DNA of 64,000 nucleotides from a candidate division WOR-3 bacterium (GTDB lineage: Bacteria; Hydrothermota; Tepidihabitantia; Tepidihabitantales; Tepidihabitantaceae), in NCBI GenBank assembly GCA_965649295.1, contig CBFGKH010000003.1, forward strand, positions 160,001-224,000, given 5' to 3'. Shown piece after piece: positions 22,469 to 34,008 of the stretch. Positions within the stretch are counted from its first letter, which is position 1. The number at the start of each line of letters is the position of its first letter. A program made the position numbers and the translations under genes. The notes below the pieces were generated by a model, which saw only the letters and a list, made by a program, of their open reading frames with translations, was not told the DNA's origin and did no database searches.

Positions 22469-23334
22469 GGCAAAGTACTCCAGTCCAGATTCAACCGCAG
22501 CACAATGTTACGAGCACCCAGCCGAGGATAGACGGTGACATTTACCGTCGTCCGCGTTGTTTCATTAGGGATGGCGTAGAAGTTGATATGCTCAGCCCAC
22601 AACCGATGCGTACCCTGCGGAATCGGATAGATGACCGGCGCTGCTCCTGCCGTAGTATGAGTCGTGAAATAGCCATTCTCAAGACGGTTCAGCGAGGCCG
22701 TGTCAACCTGGCCATCGCGCGGGTACTCCAGATAGACACGAATAATACCGTTAGCAGTCCCATTGATAAAGAGTTCATTCGGCGGTGGAACTCCGCGAAC
22801 ATCTTCCACCCGGCCATCGACTGTGTCTTGGAGTAACTCCTGCCAGGTGTAGCCGAAATAGCGGGTCATCCACTTTGTCCGATCGCTCAGCCCCTGCCCT
22901 GAGTAGCTGCGCACAAAGAGGCTGTCCAAGCCATAAACTGTCCGACCGTAAACGATTGTATCACCCCAGGCATCGATCCGATACCCGTCCGGCGACTCAT
23001 TGTAGGCTGACTTGATATAGGGCCCGCGCCAGCAAACTGAGTCGGCCCGGGCCGGTCGAACAGCAAGGTCGGCCAATGTCATTGGCAGCTCGCCCATGTC
23101 GCCGACGTAACCGAAGTCCACCCGGCGGCCACCAACAACATAGTTCGGGTCACCGACAATCGCCGTCGCCAGTTGATTAAGCTTGCGCGCTGTCTGCTCA
23201 ATTCTGCCGCGCTGCAGCGTCACGTCCCATGTCTTGACCGCAGCCGTCAGAATCAGACTCAGAATCATCAGCACGACCAGTAGCTCTAAGAGCGTGACTC
23301 CCCGGGCAACTGACTCCTTCCTCATTAGTCCCAC
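22465..23334 (-). CDS. Prepilin-type (minor pilin/pseudopilin) protein
   Basis: RG|VTLLELLVV signal; WRGPY...DAWG motif. Confidence 0.82.
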   Translation of the reverse strand: MGLMRKESVARGVTLLELLVVLMILSLILTAAVKTWDVTLQRGRIEQTARKLNQLATAIVGDPNYVVGGRRVDFGYVGDMGELPMTLADLAVRPARADSVCWRGPYIKSAYNESPDGYRIDAWGDTIVYGRTVYGLDSLFVRSYSGQGLSDRTKWMTRYFGYTWQELLQDTVDGRVEDVRGVPPPNELFINGTANGIIRVYLEYPRDGQVDTASLNRLENGYFTTHTTAGAAPVIYPIPQGTHRLWAEHINFYAIPNETTRTTVNVTVYPRLGARNIVLRLNLDWSTLP

Positions 23335-23335
23335 C

Positions 23336-23890
23336 CTAGAAACGCACCCTCACATCATCACTATCGCGAGCACCCGGCTGACCAAGAAACAATCCGTCTG
23401 GCCCGGCACTCATCAATCCGACTGTGTCCGAACCTTCAACTAAGTAGCGGTAAGGCGTCTCCCAAGCATCATACCGGTAGCCCATCCTGCCGTCCTCACG
23501 TACGTATGGCCCGTTCCACCCACGTTTGATATACGGGTCCCAAGCTGGTAGTGTTTCTTTACCGACATAGTTGATTCCAGCATACATTCCCTCGAACGGA
23601 TTGCGGGTAGCCAGTTCGATAAGGTCTCGCGGTAAGCGGCCGACATCGTTCTTGAAACCGGTCACGACCATCTCACCGCCGATCATGATATCAGGGTTGC
23701 CGACAATGGCATCGCGCAGCACTCGCAGTTCTTGCAGGGTTGCTGTTCGCCGAGCATTGGTTGTTATTCGCGAAACGATGGTTGGCACGAAGAAGGCGAG
23801 AATGATTCCCAAAACAGAAATGACCACGAGCAGCTCTACAAGCGTGAACCCGCGGTCACTACGTCGGTTAGTGACTTTCACCGTTGTCAT
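23336..23890 (-). CDS. GspG-like prepilin-type protein
   Basis: RG|FTLVELLVV; WNGPY...DAWETPYRY...SAGPDG...DD typical of the T2SS-G domain. Confidence 0.85.
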   Translation of the reverse strand: MTTVKVTNRRSDRGFTLVELLVVISVLGIILAFFVPTIVSRITTNARRTATLQELRVLRDAIVGNPDIMIGGEMVVTGFKNDVGRLPRDLIELATRNPFEGMYAGINYVGKETLPAWDPYIKRGWNGPYVREDGRMGYRYDAWETPYRYLVEGSDTVGLMSAGPDGLFLGQPGARDSDDVRVRF

Positions 23891-23932
23891 TATAGAACCG
23901 ACACAACTCGGTGTCAAGGATTGAGGCCCTCA

Positions 23933-24469
23933 CTAGCTATGCAGGAGGAAGATGACCGGCTCGTTGTCGGCGTCATACTCCCGGATCGAGATCCCGCCAT
24001 GCCCAATCGGCACCAGCACATAAGCGCGGGGTGATGATGCGCCGTCCGGCTCCCAGACACCATAGATTATCTCGCCCGGATAGTAGCCGATGTAGTCGTT
24101 AGCCTTGCCCTCTTCGGTGTTTGCCAAGTCGGCTTCAGACTCGTAGTCCTCGGGGTTGAAATCGTCGGGGTCCATCGGTTTGTTGGTCCAGGGATTGGTT
24201 GGCAGTCGGCCGAGCTGCTGCTCGAACACGCCACCCGGAAAGTAAGAGCCATATCCATCCTCATAGAAATCATCGGCGTAGTAGCCCTTCTCGGCGTGGA
24301 ATGCCTCTATCACCAGCTGCACATTATGGACATTCATCTTCATCGCCGCGTGCCGGGCCTGCTGACGCGCACCGTTGAGTCGCGGCAGCGACATTGCCAT
24401 CATCATCCCCATGATGAGCAGGACGATGAGAACCTCAAGCAAACTGAAGCCACGATTGTCACGCATCAT
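23933..24469 (-). CDS. Probable major pilin (acidic, aromatic-rich head)
   Basis: RG|FSLLEVLIV, Pro22; own promoter and strong SD (AAGGAG). Confidence 0.78.
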   Translation of the reverse strand: MMRDNRGFSLLEVLIVLLIMGMMMAMSLPRLNGARQQARHAAMKMNVHNVQLVIEAFHAEKGYYADDFYEDGYGSYFPGGVFEQQLGRLPTNPWTNKPMDPDDFNPEDYESEADLANTEEGKANDYIGYYPGEIIYGVWEPDGASSPRAYVLVPIGHGGISIREYDADNEPVIFLLHS

Positions 24470-24482
24470 TTCTCCTTACTAC

Positions 24483-24511
24483 CTTATAGGCGGACTATTG
24501 ACCAATGTCAA
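24483..24511 (-). promoter_or_regulatory. Sigma70-type promoter of pilin gene with TTGAC-N4-GTCAA palindrome over the -35
   Basis: TTGACA-17-TATAAG; palindrome at 24498-24511. Confidence 0.65.
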
Positions 24512-24520
24512 GCTTATCAC

Positions 24521-25417
24521 CTAACGTAACCGGGCTGGCGGCGTGGTTGTTCTCACCCGTTCGCCATCAAGATAGAACTGTCCACCGAAAGGCTCCTGCG
24601 GAATCGCGGGAATGTAACCACGGGCCACCAGCTCGCCAAGCCGCGTCGGCAGACGGCCTTCGGTCGCACGGAAGCTCTGTACCGCTTGTTCCAATCGGTG
24701 GATAAGTTCTTCCAGCTTGAGTAGCCGCAGTTGTCTTGCTGCCAGCTCTTTCAAGCGTTTATTCTCGGTGTTGTTATAGAGCTCGAGCCAAAGCTGCCGT
24801 GCCAACTCAAAGTCGCCGGCCTTCGCTGTGGCCACCGCAGCCCAGCGAGCAGTAAGTTGCCAAGCATTAGGCAATTTGGAAGCAATCTCAAAGAGACGGC
24901 CAGCCTGCTCATAGTCTCGCAGCAGCGTGTAGTTGATAAAGGCAGCGTCGAAAGGTAACTGCCAGTTCATGGGATTAGCTACCATCCCATCGTCGAGAAG
25001 ATCAAGAGCCTGGCCCGGCTCACGTGCATCCCAAGCCAAAGTAATAGCACCAAAGTGATAAGCACCGATGAAACGGGGGTCCAGTGTGGTTAGGATCCGA
25101 AAGACGTGTCCCAGCCATTCATAACGCCGGTCGGTCATCAGATGATGACCATAATACTGTACTGCCCGCAACCAGATGATATCGGCAGCCAGGTCTTGAT
25201 ACTCTATCGAGGCCTGACGGACAAACTGACCTGAAGGGAAATAAGCAAGTTCCTGGATTCCTCGCTCGCCGATCCGTTCGTCAAATGCTCGGTCAATCCG
25301 GAGCTGAAGCAGAAACACAACTACCAGTCCCCATGGCACCAGCAGCACCGGAACCATCTGTGCCAGCCAACCCGGTCGTCGCACTACCGGCACTGCCCGC
25401 ACCTCTTCAAATCGCAC
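24521..25417 (-). CDS. Membrane-anchored TPR-like protein associated with pilus ABC transporter
   Basis: TM; AD..WLRA.QY.G and LDPRF..AY motifs; helical repeats; GTG start directly after permease stop. Confidence 0.65.
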   Translation of the reverse strand: MRFEEVRAVPVVRRPGWLAQMVPVLLVPWGLVVVFLLQLRIDRAFDERIGERGIQELAYFPSGQFVRQASIEYQDLAADIIWLRAVQYYGHHLMTDRRYEWLGHVFRILTTLDPRFIGAYHFGAITLAWDAREPGQALDLLDDGMVANPMNWQLPFDAAFINYTLLRDYEQAGRLFEIASKLPNAWQLTARWAAVATAKAGDFELARQLWLELYNNTENKRLKELAARQLRLLKLEELIHRLEQAVQSFRATEGRLPTRLGELVARGYIPAIPQEPFGGQFYLDGERVRTTTPPARLR

Positions 25418-25418
25418 C

Positions 25419-26186
25419 CTAGAACTCCCGCCGGCTGAAGATAGCCATCGCGACCAGTAATAGCACCGTGCTATAGACAACGGCGTAGAACATTGACAAC
25501 AATAGCCCAACCGGATCAAGCGGCGCTCCGTGCACGACGTCACCGCGAATGTTGAAATTGCTCAGATTAGGAAGAAGGTAATAGACAACAAGACTGATCA
25601 CCCTTACGACCGGTGACGGCGTCATGCCAGCAAGCACCCGAAGGTCCCGAGCCATGTGGCCAACAAAGTAGATACCGAAGGCGAAAACCGACCCCGTTAT
25701 CGGTGTAGCAAAAGAGGAAAAGAGTATTGCTGCTGCGGTCAGAATCGCCAACTCAAAGAACGTCATCACCACTGCCAGCACCAGGGCCAGTGGTGCACCG
25801 ACCCGCAAGATCCAAAGCACTGCATAGAAGCAGACCGTCATCACGACCAGGCTGAGCGCTAGCACCCCGAGGAGGCCAAAATACTTGCCGACAATGAACT
25901 CCCAGCGCCGTACTGGTTTGGACAGGATTATGTAGATGGTGCGCTTCTCGACTTCTTTATACACCAGTCTGCCGCCTACGAGAATCGCGATCAAAACACA
26001 GAAAAGCGTAATAGCCGCAAGACCGATGTCCTTGATGACCTTACTCTCTTCACCTAGGGCCAACGGCTGAATCACCCGACTGGCACCCATCACAACTACT
26101 GCGAAGATTACCAGGGTAACAAGCACCCTGTCCCGCACCGCCTCGCGGAAAGTATTCAGCGCCACTGCCCGGATTCGACCAATCAC
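25419..26186 (-). CDS. ABC transporter permease (Myxococcus PilI-like)
   Basis: A.NTFREAVRDRV, E.EKRTIY..LSKPV.R..F..GKY; about 6 TM; ends RREF. Confidence 0.85.
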   Translation of the reverse strand: MIGRIRAVALNTFREAVRDRVLVTLVIFAVVVMGASRVIQPLALGEESKVIKDIGLAAITLFCVLIAILVGGRLVYKEVEKRTIYIILSKPVRRWEFIVGKYFGLLGVLALSLVVMTVCFYAVLWILRVGAPLALVLAVVMTFFELAILTAAAILFSSFATPITGSVFAFGIYFVGHMARDLRVLAGMTPSPVVRVISLVVYYLLPNLSNFNIRGDVVHGAPLDPVGLLLSMFYAVVYSTVLLLVAMAIFSRREF

Positions 26187-27136
26187 TCTTTTCTCCGAGC
26201 CCGCTCAACATGGGCCATAAAATAGCTCTCCAACGTACGCCGGCGGGGAACGATTGAGTAGATGCGAGCCTCAGCCTCCCGGGCAATCGCCGTAATCCGA
26301 TCAACACCAACCTCATCCGGGACCACCAGCAGCAGCATATCACCAGCTTCAATTGACTGCTGCGCCACTCGTTCCAAGGCCTTACGAAACTTACCGGTCG
26401 CTCCCCGCACCGTCACCTCAATCGCCTCAACATCCCCAGACAGAATCTCGTCTAGTCTGCCGACCTCGACCATCCGCCCGGCGATAATCGTCCCCACCCG
26501 ATCACAGATTAGCTCAACATCAGAAAGAATATGGGTGGAGAAGAAAACAGTCTTGCCTTGGTCACGCAGACCAACGATGATGTCCCGGAACTCCTTACGG
26601 CCAATCGGGTCAAGACCACCCATTGGTTCGTCCAAAATCACCACTTCCGGGTCTCCGATCAACGCCTGGGCAATGCCCATCCGCTGCAGCATTCCCCGTG
26701 AGAAACCACGCATCTGGGCATCAGCCGCCCGTTCCATGCCGACCGTCCGCAACAGCGTCTTCACCCGAGTAGCAGTCTCGACCCGCGGCACTCCGTTCAA
26801 CTGAGCCGCCAGCAGGAGAAACTCCCGGGCGGTGAGATACTCGTAGAAATAGGGTTGTTCTGGCAGGAAGCCAATCCGCTGCTTGACGGTGGCATCGCGC
26901 GGCGACTTACCGAGCACCAGCGCAGTACCGGCAGTCGGCTGGGCCAGCCCCATCAACAACTTGATGAGCGTTGTCTTACCAGCACCGTTGGGCCCCAAGA
27001 ATCCGAATATCTCGCCCCGCTGGACGTCGAACGTTACATCACTTAGCGCCTGGATTCGCCGCAGCCGGAAACCGCTCCGGTAGGTCTTGCTCAGTCGTGT
27101 CACGCTGATGGCCGGTTCGGTTGCTGCGGTTGACAT
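26183..27136 (-). CDS. ABC transporter ATP-binding protein (Myxococcus PilH-like)
   Basis: [22 protein letters not shown] and STH motifs. Confidence 0.92.
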   Translation of the reverse strand: MSTAATEPAISVTRLSKTYRSGFRLRRIQALSDVTFDVQRGEIFGFLGPNGAGKTTLIKLLMGLAQPTAGTALVLGKSPRDATVKQRIGFLPEQPYFYEYLTAREFLLLAAQLNGVPRVETATRVKTLLRTVGMERAADAQMRGFSRGMLQRMGIAQALIGDPEVVILDEPMGGLDPIGRKEFRDIIVGLRDQGKTVFFSTHILSDVELICDRVGTIIAGRMVEVGRLDEILSGDVEAIEVTVRGATGKFRKALERVAQQSIEAGDMLLLVVPDEVGVDRITAIAREAEARIYSIVPRRRTLESYFMAHVERARRKE

Positions 27137-27368
27137 GAGCAAGGGATTATAGAACTGGTCGTTGCAGTGTCAAGCTAGCTTAGCCGCAGTTGACTCTCTG
27201 ACTCTGTCAATTACTGGTTGGGCCACAGTTGACCGTCCCTTCGCCATCATTATAATCTCGCCCGGCCTTACCGGCCGGTAAGCCAGCAGGCTAGTCAATT
27301 GTCGTTTACGAGCGCGGGTGACGTGCCCGGTTCTGCTGCGCCCGCATTTAGGCCAACAGGAGGACATC

Positions 27369-28706
<1,338 letters not shown>

Positions 28707-28726
28707 TTTTTGGCCCAAAGACTGCT

Positions 28727-28760
28727 GCGGGCAGGATGACCCCTGCCCGCTTCGCTTTTT
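28727..28760 (+). terminator. Intrinsic terminator after gdhA
   Basis: GCGGGCAGG...CCTGCCCGC followed by TTCGCTTTTT. Confidence 0.75.
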
Positions 28761-28794
28761 GGCTCCAGCCAACCTAACGAAGAATCGCCACCTG

Positions 28795-28934
28795 CCGGCC
28801 GCGACCTCTGTCTGCGGGTGTATGGCACACTCAACCCAGTGCCACCGGCGTTCTGGGGCATGGATGAGTGTAGTCTCATCCCGTCGGTTTCGGCGGCTTG
28901 ACGGCAGTGGGCCCTGGCCGACAATGAAGCCATG
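28795..28934 (+). repeat. Array repeat R0 (orphan internal fragment of the N-module/GH gene plus promoter)
   Basis: Near-identical to 31649-31788 and 34457-34596; first ~75 nt also match 37292-37366. Confidence 0.95.
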
Positions 28935-31181
28935 ACTACCAGGAGCCGCTGGGCCGGACTGACCGTCCTGCTCCTGGCCGCAACAGCCGGGCTGGCGGCC
29001 AAGCTCGACTTCTGGCAGCACGAGGCCGTGATGGAGTCGCTGCGGCATCTCCCGCCCAACATGCGCTTCTCAGCGATGCGCCGGCAGGGACTACTGCCGA
29101 GACAGCCGGTGGCGCCAACCGCTACAGACAGCGGGCTGCGGCTGGTCGGCAAATGGGGCGGTGGCCCATCGGTCAAGGTCACGGGCCGCGACTCGCTCGT
29201 CTTCCTCTCCCGTGGCAGCGAGGTCGTCGCCATCGACTTCGCCGACACCGCCAATCCCCGCATTCTCTCCCACATCCAAGCCCAGGGCCTTGTCTCCCGC
29301 TCCGTTCTCATCGGCAACCGGCTCTACGTCGGCTCCACTGGCGGCTACCCGAAGTACATCGAGGTCTTTGACGTGACCGACCCGGCCAACGCCACCAGGC
29401 TCGGCCAAGTCCAGACCATGCTCAACGACCTTGCCGTGCTGGACACGCTCGTCTACACAGTCTCCGATGACTCCTTCAAGGTCTGGAGCTTCGCCAACCC
29501 GGCCAGCCCGCGTCTTGTCGGCACCTGCCGCGACTCCGGCTACACCATTTCGGTCGGCAACGGCTACGCCTACCTTGCTGACCGCTGGGGCCTGTACGTC
29601 ATCGACGTCCGTAACCCGGCCGCGCCGCGCCGCGTGGCCGCGTGGGGCTCTGCCGTCATCAGCGTCGCCGCCCGCAACACCATCTGCTGCGTGACGCTCG
29701 GCAACCCCAACGTACCGGACCAGCTCGACTTCTACATCCTCGACGTCACAAGCCCCGCCAGTCCCCGGCAGCTCGGCCACTTGGCCAACTGCGGCGGCTA
29801 CGACATCTACCTGCTGGATACGCTGGCCCTCCTCTCCGGCTACTACACCGGTGGCCATGGATTCCGTATCCTCAGCATCGCCGACAGCACACACCCCCGG
29901 CACGTCGGCAGCGCAGCAAACCTGGATAACGGTCAAGGCGTCTGGGCGAGCTGCGCCAGAAGCCGCGCCTACGTTGCCGACCGGCTCCGGGGGATGTCGG
30001 TCTTCGACGTCTCGACTCTCAGTCAGCCGCTTCGTGACCGCGTCCTGCTCGCGGCCGGGTCAGCAGAAGACGTGGCGCTGGACCGAGGCCGAGCGTATGT
30101 GGCTGGCGACGGCTTCGGGATGACGATTCTCGACATCACCAACCCAACAATGCCCAGCGAACTGGGCTGCATCGACAGCACCCGCGACATGGTGACGCAG
30201 ACGGTCGCTGCGCGCGACAGCTTCGCCTACATGAGCTGGGCGCCCAACCGACCGTGGTTGCGCTCGGTGGACGTCACCGACCCGACACACCCGACGATGG
30301 CCGGCGGCGCAGCGGTGTATGATTTTCCCGCCGACATGGTGCTACGCGATTCACTTCTCTACATTGCGCAGTACCGCCGCTTCGAGATCGTCAACGTCGC
30401 CCGGCCGCGCCAGCCGGTGCTGATCGGAAGCTGTGTGCTGAACGGTACAGCCTACAACATCGCGCTTAACGACACGATCGCGTACGTGGCGATGGGAAAC
30501 GCTGGGCTGAAGTGCATTGATATAGGCAATCCGGCACTGCCGACAGTCGTTGGCGCGTGGAGCGGCCGCACCAGTGGGGTCAAGGTGACCGACACACTTG
30601 CCTTCGTTGTCGGGCCATACACGGGCTGCGTCTGCCTGAATGTTGCGAACCCGGTTATGCCCCAGACGGTCGACTCGCTCTGGCTGACTGACACGCTATG
30701 GTGGAATGACATCGTCATCGCCGGTTCCCGCGCGTATGTGGGTGGCGAACGCATACTCACCATTGACATATCGGACCCTGCAAATCTACGGGTGCGCGGT
30801 TCCTGGACTCCGCCGTATCTTGTCGAGCGTCTGGAGTACTGTTCACCGTACTTGTATCCGGCCTGCTACGAAGCCGGGGTCTGCGTGCTGGAGTCGACCG
30901 CAGTCGGAATCAGTGAACACCGGACAGAACAACCCGCTGCTCGACTTGAGGTCACCCCGAACCCGACGCGGAGTGGGGTGCTCATACGACTGACTCAGGC
31001 CGCAGGGACGGAAGGTATTTGGACCGTAAGAGACGTTGCCGGTCGCATCGTCGGCAGTGGCCCGGTGGCAAGAGGGTCGCATTCGGCCACGATACGCCTG
31101 CCTGCCGGACCGTCCGGTGTGTACATAGTCGAACTGGAGGTGGACAACCGAAAGACCATCGGTCGGGTAATCAAGCTCTAG
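28932..31181 (+). CDS. Secreted LVIVD-repeat beta-propeller protein 1 with T9SS-type CTD
   Basis: Signal peptide; many AYVA...GL.I.DV.NP..P repeats; PNP...RDVAGR...GVYIV C-terminus. Confidence 0.88.
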   Translation: MTTRSRWAGLTVLLLAATAGLAAKLDFWQHEAVMESLRHLPPNMRFSAMRRQGLLPRQPVAPTATDSGLRLVGKWGGGPSVKVTGRDSLVFLSRGSEVVAIDFADTANPRILSHIQAQGLVSRSVLIGNRLYVGSTGGYPKYIEVFDVTDPANATRLGQVQTMLNDLAVLDTLVYTVSDDSFKVWSFANPASPRLVGTCRDSGYTISVGNGYAYLADRWGLYVIDVRNPAAPRRVAAWGSAVISVAARNTICCVTLGNPNVPDQLDFYILDVTSPASPRQLGHLANCGGYDIYLLDTLALLSGYYTGGHGFRILSIADSTHPRHVGSAANLDNGQGVWASCARSRAYVADRLRGMSVFDVSTLSQPLRDRVLLAAGSAEDVALDRGRAYVAGDGFGMTILDITNPTMPSELGCIDSTRDMVTQTVAARDSFAYMSWAPNRPWLRSVDVTDPTHPTMAGGAAVYDFPADMVLRDSLLYIAQYRRFEIVNVARPRQPVLIGSCVLNGTAYNIALNDTIAYVAMGNAGLKCIDIGNPALPTVVGAWSGRTSGVKVTDTLAFVVGPYTGCVCLNVANPVMPQTVDSLWLTDTLWWNDIVIAGSRAYVGGERILTIDISDPANLRVRGSWTPPYLVERLEYCSPYLYPACYEAGVCVLESTAVGISEHRTEQPAARLEVTPNPTRSGVLIRLTQAAGTEGIWTVRDVAGRIVGSGPVARGSHSATIRLPAGPSGVYIVELEVDNRKTIGRVIKL

Positions 31182-31197
31182 AAGAAAGGAGGCGACT

Positions 31198-31755
31198 ATG
31201 CGGCGGTTGTTTATGCTTGCAGTTCTGGTTCTGATGACGCCGAACGTGGTGTCTGCGCTTGTCCAAGCGTACTCAGTCGTACCGGTCAAGGCTGTGTGGT
31301 CAGGCCTAGCTGACCCGGAGGACGGCGTCTCCCAGACCCTGACCTGCAACTTCGACTCGCTGGTGTATGTCGAGCTGTTCTGCGGCGAGCAAGGCGCAGG
31401 CGGGACCTACGACTGCGAAGTGCATGATGGCCAGACCGGTGCTCGAGTGGCTCACCGGCGCGGAGTTGTACCCGGGCAAGCCTGCAATTGGCTGGCGTTC
31501 AAAGACTTCACGGTCATGGGGACCTTCACCAAAGGCAAGGTGTATGAGTTCCGCTTCACGCGGGCTGGGACAGACAGCATCAACTACTTCTGGCAGGATG
31601 GCGACCCGTATCGTTACGGTGACATCGTTGTCGGCAGTGAATCGATTCCCGGCCGCGACCTCTGTCTGCGGGTGTATGGCACACTCAACCCGGCGCCGCC
31701 GGCGTTCTGGGGCATGGATGAGTGTAGTCTCATCCCGTCGGTTTCGGCGGCTTGA
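31198..31755 (+). CDS. Secreted N-module protein 1 (homolog of the N-terminus of the 1033-aa GH-like protein)
   Basis: Signal peptide; VSQTLTCNFDSL.YVELF and EFRFTR...DLCLRVYG blocks shared with 34009 and 36829 ORFs; AAGGAGG SD. Confidence 0.85.
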   Translation: MRRLFMLAVLVLMTPNVVSALVQAYSVVPVKAVWSGLADPEDGVSQTLTCNFDSLVYVELFCGEQGAGGTYDCEVHDGQTGARVAHRRGVVPGQACNWLAFKDFTVMGTFTKGKVYEFRFTRAGTDSINYFWQDGDPYRYGDIVVGSESIPGRDLCLRVYGTLNPAPPAFWGMDECSLIPSVSAA

Positions 31756-31788
31756 CGCCAGTCGGCCCTGGCCGACAATGAAGCCATG
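31525..31788 (+). repeat. Array repeat R1 (constant 3' block of N-module plus promoter)
   Basis: Near-identical to 37168-37366 and to 34354-34596. Confidence 0.95.
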
Positions 31789-33999
31789 AGACTGCGGCTA
31801 CTGGTCCTGGCTGGGCTGGTGATGGTCGGTGCAGGTTGGGGAATCGACTGGAACGAAGATGCAGCCATCCGTGAATCCCTGGCGATCAAGGGCTCACTCC
31901 TCGGCCAGCGGTGGCTTGCGAAGATCGGCCGCCGCGACTATCTGTTGCGTCAGAGCCGCAAGCCCACCGCCGACAGTGGCCTGCGCTGTGTGGGCCGCTG
32001 GAGTTACGGTCCGTCACTGAAGGTATCAGTGCGCGTCACCGCCGACGACACCGTCATCTGCCTGACCCGTGGCTCGGGGGCATCGCTTGTCCGGCTCCGC
32101 TCCCAGAAGGGCGTCCGCCTGGAGTTACTGGGCGACGTCAACTTCGACGGCCTGCCGCGTCGGGCCGTGCTCAGCGACACGCTGGTTGTGGCCGGGATTA
32201 GCTTCGGCAGCTCCGGTATCGAAGTGCACGGTGTGTCAAACCCCGCCTCGCCCAACCGGTTGAGCCGCATCGACCTGCCGACGGTCAACGACATCGCGGT
32301 CAACGGCACGCTGGTCTATGCCGCCTGTGCCGACGACACGCTCCGAATCTACAGCATTGCCGACCCGCGCAACCCGGTCCGGGTCGGAGCCTGCCGCGAC
32401 AGCTGCGACCTCTACCTGAGCTACGCAGACGGCTACTGCTACCTGGTGCACGTCTCCGGCGTCAACATCGTTGACGTCCGCAACCCGACTCAGCCGCGCC
32501 GCGTGGGCCGGATCACTGGCGGCGAACCGCTGGCGGTCATGGCACGGGACACCCTCTGCTATGTCACCGTCTACGAGTCAGGTCTGCGTATCTACAGCAT
32601 CGCCAGCCCGACCGCGCCACGCCTGCTCGGCTCGCTCAATGGGCCGGATGCAATGGACGTGACGATGGCCCCGGGCACCGACAACCTGCTCTACACATCG
32701 TGGCTGGACATCATCAACGTCGCCAGCCCGGCGTCACCATTCCTTGTCGGCCGGCTGCCGCGGCCGGCAAACGGCGTCGCGGTACTACCGGCACGCAACA
32801 AGGCCCTGCTCGCAGTCGATGGGCTGACGGTAGTTGACATCACCGAACCGGCCGCGCCGCGCGCAGACACCAACGCCTACTCAGCCGGGTCGGCATTGGA
32901 CATAGCGCTGGACGACACGAAGGCATACCTTGGTAGCTACCACTCCGGGCTGGCGATTCTCGACGTCTCCCGGCCGGAGCAGCCCTGCCAGCTCGGCGGC
33001 CTCGACTACATCGGCGCACTGCCCTCCTGCCTATCCGTCGCCGCGCGTGACTCCTTTGCCTTCGTCAGTTGGGACTCGGTGCCACAACTGCGCTCGGTGG
33101 ACGTCACCGACCCATATCACCCGGTGCAGGCTGGCGGCTGCGACGTCTGGGACCGTCCCGCCGACATGGTCCTGCGTGACACACTGCTCTACTGTGCGAT
33201 GCCGCGCCGCTTCCAAATTGTCAACGTCGCCCGGCCGCGCCAGCCGGTGCTGATCGGAAGCTGCGCCGGTGACGGTGTGGCTGTCGTCGTGCAGGATAGC
33301 TTCGCCTATACTGCCGCCGGAGCCATTCGCATCACCAACATCGCACGGCCCGACAGTCCGTTCGTGGTCAGCACCATATCCGGCCACAATGCCACCGGAA
33401 TAGCAGTTCGTGACACTTTCCTTTACTTGCCCTACGTCTATGACACCATCTTCGTCTACAGCATCGCCAACCCAGCGCAGCCACGGCTGCTCTCGACTGT
33501 CCAGTCGCTCGTCTGGCCAACCGACATCGTCTTGGGCGACGCCCGCGCCTACGTCGGTGGAGCCTACAACATCGATGTCTATGACCTGAGCCGGCCCGAG
33601 CTGCCCCGGCGAATCGGAAGAGTCGGGCTACCCAGCAGCGGACTGCGGCGACTGTGTTACGCCGACGGCCTGCTGTACGCTGCGCTATGGGACGCGGGCG
33701 TGGCAATCTACGAGACAACAGCCGTAGCCGTTGCCGAGCCGACGTGGCCCAAAGTCGGCAACACGTCGCTCAAATTGACACCCAACCCCACAAAGGGCCC
33801 ACTGCGAGTCCGACTTCCGGCATCCGGGTCGGGACGAATCACAGTGCGCGACGTTATCGGCCGCAGTGTAACAGAGACCGTATCAACAGCCAGCGGGCAT
33901 GAGTGCTGGGTGGACATCAGTGGCCAGCCTGACGGCGTCTACCTCGTCGAGACGGTGTGCAATGGCACGAGATGCTTTGCCAAGATTGTCAAAGACTAG
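31786..33999 (+). CDS. Secreted LVIVD-repeat beta-propeller protein 2 with T9SS-type CTD
   Basis: Same architecture as 28932-31181; DSGLR.VG.W..GPS, AARDSFA, DMVLRD blocks; GVYLV CTD. Confidence 0.88.
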   Translation: MRLRLLVLAGLVMVGAGWGIDWNEDAAIRESLAIKGSLLGQRWLAKIGRRDYLLRQSRKPTADSGLRCVGRWSYGPSLKVSVRVTADDTVICLTRGSGASLVRLRSQKGVRLELLGDVNFDGLPRRAVLSDTLVVAGISFGSSGIEVHGVSNPASPNRLSRIDLPTVNDIAVNGTLVYAACADDTLRIYSIADPRNPVRVGACRDSCDLYLSYADGYCYLVHVSGVNIVDVRNPTQPRRVGRITGGEPLAVMARDTLCYVTVYESGLRIYSIASPTAPRLLGSLNGPDAMDVTMAPGTDNLLYTSWLDIINVASPASPFLVGRLPRPANGVAVLPARNKALLAVDGLTVVDITEPAAPRADTNAYSAGSALDIALDDTKAYLGSYHSGLAILDVSRPEQPCQLGGLDYIGALPSCLSVAARDSFAFVSWDSVPQLRSVDVTDPYHPVQAGGCDVWDRPADMVLRDTLLYCAMPRRFQIVNVARPRQPVLIGSCAGDGVAVVVQDSFAYTAAGAIRITNIARPDSPFVVSTISGHNATGIAVRDTFLYLPYVYDTIFVYSIANPAQPRLLSTVQSLVWPTDIVLGDARAYVGGAYNIDVYDLSRPELPRRIGRVGLPSSGLRRLCYADGLLYAALWDAGVAIYETTAVAVAEPTWPKVGNTSLKLTPNPTKGPLRVRLPASGSGRITVRDVIGRSVTETVSTASGHECWVDISGQPDGVYLVETVCNGTRCFAKIVKD

Positions 34000-34008
34000 G
34001 AGGAATAC

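Noticed and set aside
23933..24469. Electrically conductive pilin (about 12% F/Y/W in the mature protein by manual count)
   Set aside because: No F/Y/W between positions 1 and 50, so it lacks the conserved N-terminal aromatics and exceeds the usual gap criterion.
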